A stretch of DNA of 18,466 nt from Candidatus Thorarchaeota archaeon. Lineage in GTDB: Archaea > Asgardarchaeota > Thorarchaeia > Thorarchaeales > Thorarchaeaceae. Shown in pieces: positions 16,218 through 18,466 of the stretch (positions within the stretch are counted from its first letter, which is position 1; every line of letters starts with the position of its first letter). Both the position numbers and the translations under genes were made by a program. The DNA lies in contig JBHLQH010000049.1 in assembly GCA_048884965.1 (NCBI GenBank), positions 1 through 18,466 of the forward strand, read 5' to 3'. Under the pieces are notes generated by a model. That model searched no databases and was not told the origin of the DNA. It worked only from the letters and a program-made list of their open reading frames with translations.

Positions 16218-16272
16218 ATGATTGATACATGGGATTCCGCGGCGATGTGATATGATGAACTTGTAATTCTGA
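16218..16272 (+). ncRNA. Candidate box C/D sRNA
   Basis: ATGATTGA (C-like) ... GCGA (D'-like) ... ATGATGA (C') ... 10 nt ... CTGA (D); 55 nt; first guide GGGATTCCGCG looks antisense to archaeal 16S CGYGGAAUCCC. Confidence 0.4.
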
Positions 16273-16393
16273 TGGCACAGTGGAGTGCTCCAGTGTGCTT
16301 CATAGTCAATTGCGGATTCATACCTTTTGAACATGTCGTTAGCGCTATAGAAAAATGAAGAGTCCGTAAGCAGAGGATTGGATGGCGCCAATT

Positions 16394-16409
16394 GAAAAGC
16401 CTGATATAG
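16394..16409 (+). promoter_or_regulatory. Putative BRE/TATA for a non-coding transcript
   Basis: GAAAAGCC-TGATATAG; same GAAAAGCC as the tRNA promoter; predicts a start near 16430. Confidence 0.5.
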
Positions 16410-16430
16410 CATCACGAGAAGAATAGGTAC

Positions 16431-16724
16431 GTCCGGTGATACTTACCCATTCCCGAGGGCACACTGAGTTAACTCGATGAGGTGTCGCGCAAAGAAGGGG
16501 TTACACACTGGACAGGAAGCCTGCTGAATACCAATAGGCGAAACATAACGGACTCACACAATGGGGATGATATCCTTCAGATGAGTGTCGGGTCACCCAT
16601 GGTTCGTACATTGGCAGGCAGGTCGATGTCACATCAGCCTGACACGAGACAGCTCAGTTGAGCCGGAAGGTTTTCCGATGCTGGGATTCTGGGGGTTAGT
16701 GTGTAGGGATACAGGCATCGACCA
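16431..16724 (+). ncRNA. Unidentified structured RNA, three consecutive stem-loop domains
   Basis: Closing helices 16431-16438/16506-16513, 16519-16527/16611-16619, 16621-16630/16714-16723, each with G-U pairs only on + strand; K-turn-like motif; no ORF of 60 aa or more. Confidence 0.6.
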
Positions 16725-16732
16725 CTACGTCA

Positions 16733-17404
16733 TCAGAAAGTGATTTCCTTGGAGTCACCAGGCTTCAAGATCTCGACCTTTGTTTTCCCTTTGTCAGTGA
16801 CCATTTGATAGAATTGTTTGGAGTTTGCTGCAATCAGTGGAAACGTATCATAATGCATTGGGATCGTGACCTTGGGATTTACCAGCTCGACCGCCTTCAC
16901 AGCCTCTCTAATTCCCATCACATAGTAGCTACCAATGGGCACGAAGAAGAGATCAATACCATAGAGTTCTCCAAAGAGTTTCATATCGCCAAACAGACCT
17001 GTGTCCCCTGGATGATAGAAGGTGCCGCTAGGCATCTTGACGATAAAGCCCGTGGGTGTGCCAAGGCTGCTTGAGTGGAATGCATGAACTAGGGTAATGG
17101 TGATACCAGCAACTTCTACACTGCCACCAATATTCAAGGTATGCACATGCTCAACACCATCCTGTCTGGCTTTGAGGGCCAACTCATTGATTGCGATGAA
17201 CGTTGCCCCGGTTTTCTTGCAGATTTCTATTGCCTCTTTGTAGCCATGGTCGCCATGATCATGTGTAATTAGACAGAGGTCTGCCTTGTTGACATCTTCA
17301 ACCTTGATTGGCGAAGTCGGTCCATTCAGCCATGGATCTACAAACACTGTTTTTCCATCTGCTTCTATTTTGAAGGATGCGTGTCCAAGGTATGTTACTT
17401 TCAC
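16733..17404 (-). CDS. Metal-dependent hydrolase, metallo-beta-lactamase fold (UPF0173)
   Basis: YLGHASF, VDPWL, THDHGDH, HAFHSS, YHPGDTGLF, IPMHYDTFP; GTG start after GAGGAG. Confidence 0.93.
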   Translation of the reverse strand: MKVTYLGHASFKIEADGKTVFVDPWLNGPTSPIKVEDVNKADLCLITHDHGDHGYKEAIEICKKTGATFIAINELALKARQDGVEHVHTLNIGGSVEVAGITITLVHAFHSSSLGTPTGFIVKMPSGTFYHPGDTGLFGDMKLFGELYGIDLFFVPIGSYYVMGIREAVKAVELVNPKVTIPMHYDTFPLIAANSKQFYQMVTDKGKTKVEILKPGDSKEITF

Positions 17405-17511
17405 AGTATCTCCTCAAGACATGTATGAGGCTGTCAGGCACTTGTATATTTCGAATAGATTGCTTTTCTCCCCTATAGGCTAACATTAATACAACTTTTG
17501 CAAACCCGCGA

Positions 17512-18438
17512 ATGAAGGTACCAAGCATGTCAATAGAGCCACATCCTGATTTCATGCAAGCTGGGAAGATTGCTGCACGAGTGATGAGTGAAGTTATGAA
17601 AGAAGTTAGGCCTGGTGTCAAGGTACTCAAGATCTGTCTGCTTGCTGAAAAGAAAATCTTGGAATATGGCGCATCTGGAATCGCATTTCCGTGTAATGTA
17701 TCTATCAATGAGGAGGCTGCGCATTATACTAGCCCTCACGGGGACAAGAAGGCATTTCCTGACAAGGGACTTGTGAAGATAGACATTGGAGCACATGTCA
17801 ATGGGTACCTATCAGATACTGCTGTAACGGTGGATCTTGATGGTTCGTATGAGAAATACATCGTTTCGGCAAAGGAAGCTCTTGATGCTGCCATAGAAAC
17901 CATCAAGCCTGATGTCAAGCTTGGGGAAGTTGGTGCATCTATCGAGAAAGCTATCAAGAAGTATGGATTGAAACCCGTCCATCAGCTCTCAGGACACCAG
18001 CTGAAGCCATGGATACTGCACGCAGGAAAGAATGTGCCAAATATCTCAATGTCCATGACTCAGAAGATGAATCTGGGCGAGATGTTCGCAGTAGAGCCTT
18101 TTGCTACGAATGGAAATGGGACCATCAGGAGTGGGAGAGCCTCATACATCTACTCGAATGATATGCGAAACAAGAAGAAACTAGACAAGTTGACCTTGCA
18201 GATCAGGAACGTTGCCCGTCAAAGATTTGGAACCCTTCCTTGGGCATCCCGTTGGTTGCACAGATTAAAGACAGAGATAGACATCGATGCAGCCATTCGC
18301 AATCTAGAACGTGCTGGAGCAATCCATGGGTACCCTGTTCTCATAGAGGGGAAGAACGGTATGGTATCACAGTTCGAGCATAGCGTGTTCGTGGGGCCAG
18401 AAGGAGCAATAGTGTCTACTCGTAGAGAGGATGAGTGA
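17512..18438 (+). CDS. map: Methionine aminopeptidase type II
   Basis: AFPCNVSINEEAAHYT, KIDIGAHVNGYLSDTAVT, LSGH, LHAG, AVEPFATNG, SQFEHSV. Confidence 0.96.
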   Translation: MKVPSMSIEPHPDFMQAGKIAARVMSEVMKEVRPGVKVLKICLLAEKKILEYGASGIAFPCNVSINEEAAHYTSPHGDKKAFPDKGLVKIDIGAHVNGYLSDTAVTVDLDGSYEKYIVSAKEALDAAIETIKPDVKLGEVGASIEKAIKKYGLKPVHQLSGHQLKPWILHAGKNVPNISMSMTQKMNLGEMFAVEPFATNGNGTIRSGRASYIYSNDMRNKKKLDKLTLQIRNVARQRFGTLPWASRWLHRLKTEIDIDAAIRNLERAGAIHGYPVLIEGKNGMVSQFEHSVFVGPEGAIVSTRREDE

Positions 18439-18466
18439 ATCAGCGTGTATGGAATCTATTAAGAAG

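Noticed and set aside
16439-16447. ATACTTACC matches the 5' end of U1 snRNA
   Set aside because: Only 9 nt, internal to a stem-loop, and no other U1 features; expected by chance
16521-16545. Hammerhead-like CTGCTGA...GAAAC
   Set aside because: Core is not CUGANGA and stems II and III do not form
16431-16724. SRP RNA or RNase P RNA identity for the structured element
   Set aside because: The CC-GGAA-GG near 16663-16670 lacks the CAGG/AGCA loop of SRP helix 8 and the RNA ends do not pair; no GAGGAAAGUCC-type or ACAGAA...GCUUA-type RNase P regions on either strand
1-18466. CRISPR array, transposase or integrase
   Set aside because: No regularly spaced repeats and no recombinase or transposase motifs seen

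Overview
Archaeal window, most likely Asgard (Thorarchaeia-like), judged from two gelsolin-domain genes set among archaeal informational genes. The right ~15 kb is conserved core: rps6e, aIF2-gamma, PIN, rpoE1, spt4, rps24e, rps27ae, an M50 site-2 protease, a TtuA/nucleotidyltransferase/radical SAM operon, pelota, a protease-less LonB-type AAA+ ATPase, dnaG, a UPF0173 hydrolase and map. The left ~3 kb is a rearranged locus around an initiator tRNA-Met with two introns. Its last 23 nt are copied exactly in inverted orientation just upstream (possible invertible tRNA cassette), and a degenerate direct copy marks the junction of a tandem duplication of a beta-domain+gelsolin gene. Other notable points: an unannotated ~295-nt three-domain structured RNA candidate with its own promoter and a K-turn (16431-16724), a candidate box C/D sRNA, a structured 400-bp spacer upstream of rpoE1, and a dnaG that needs a non-canonical (ATA) start to include its conserved N-terminus. 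All calls were made by eye; no searches were run.
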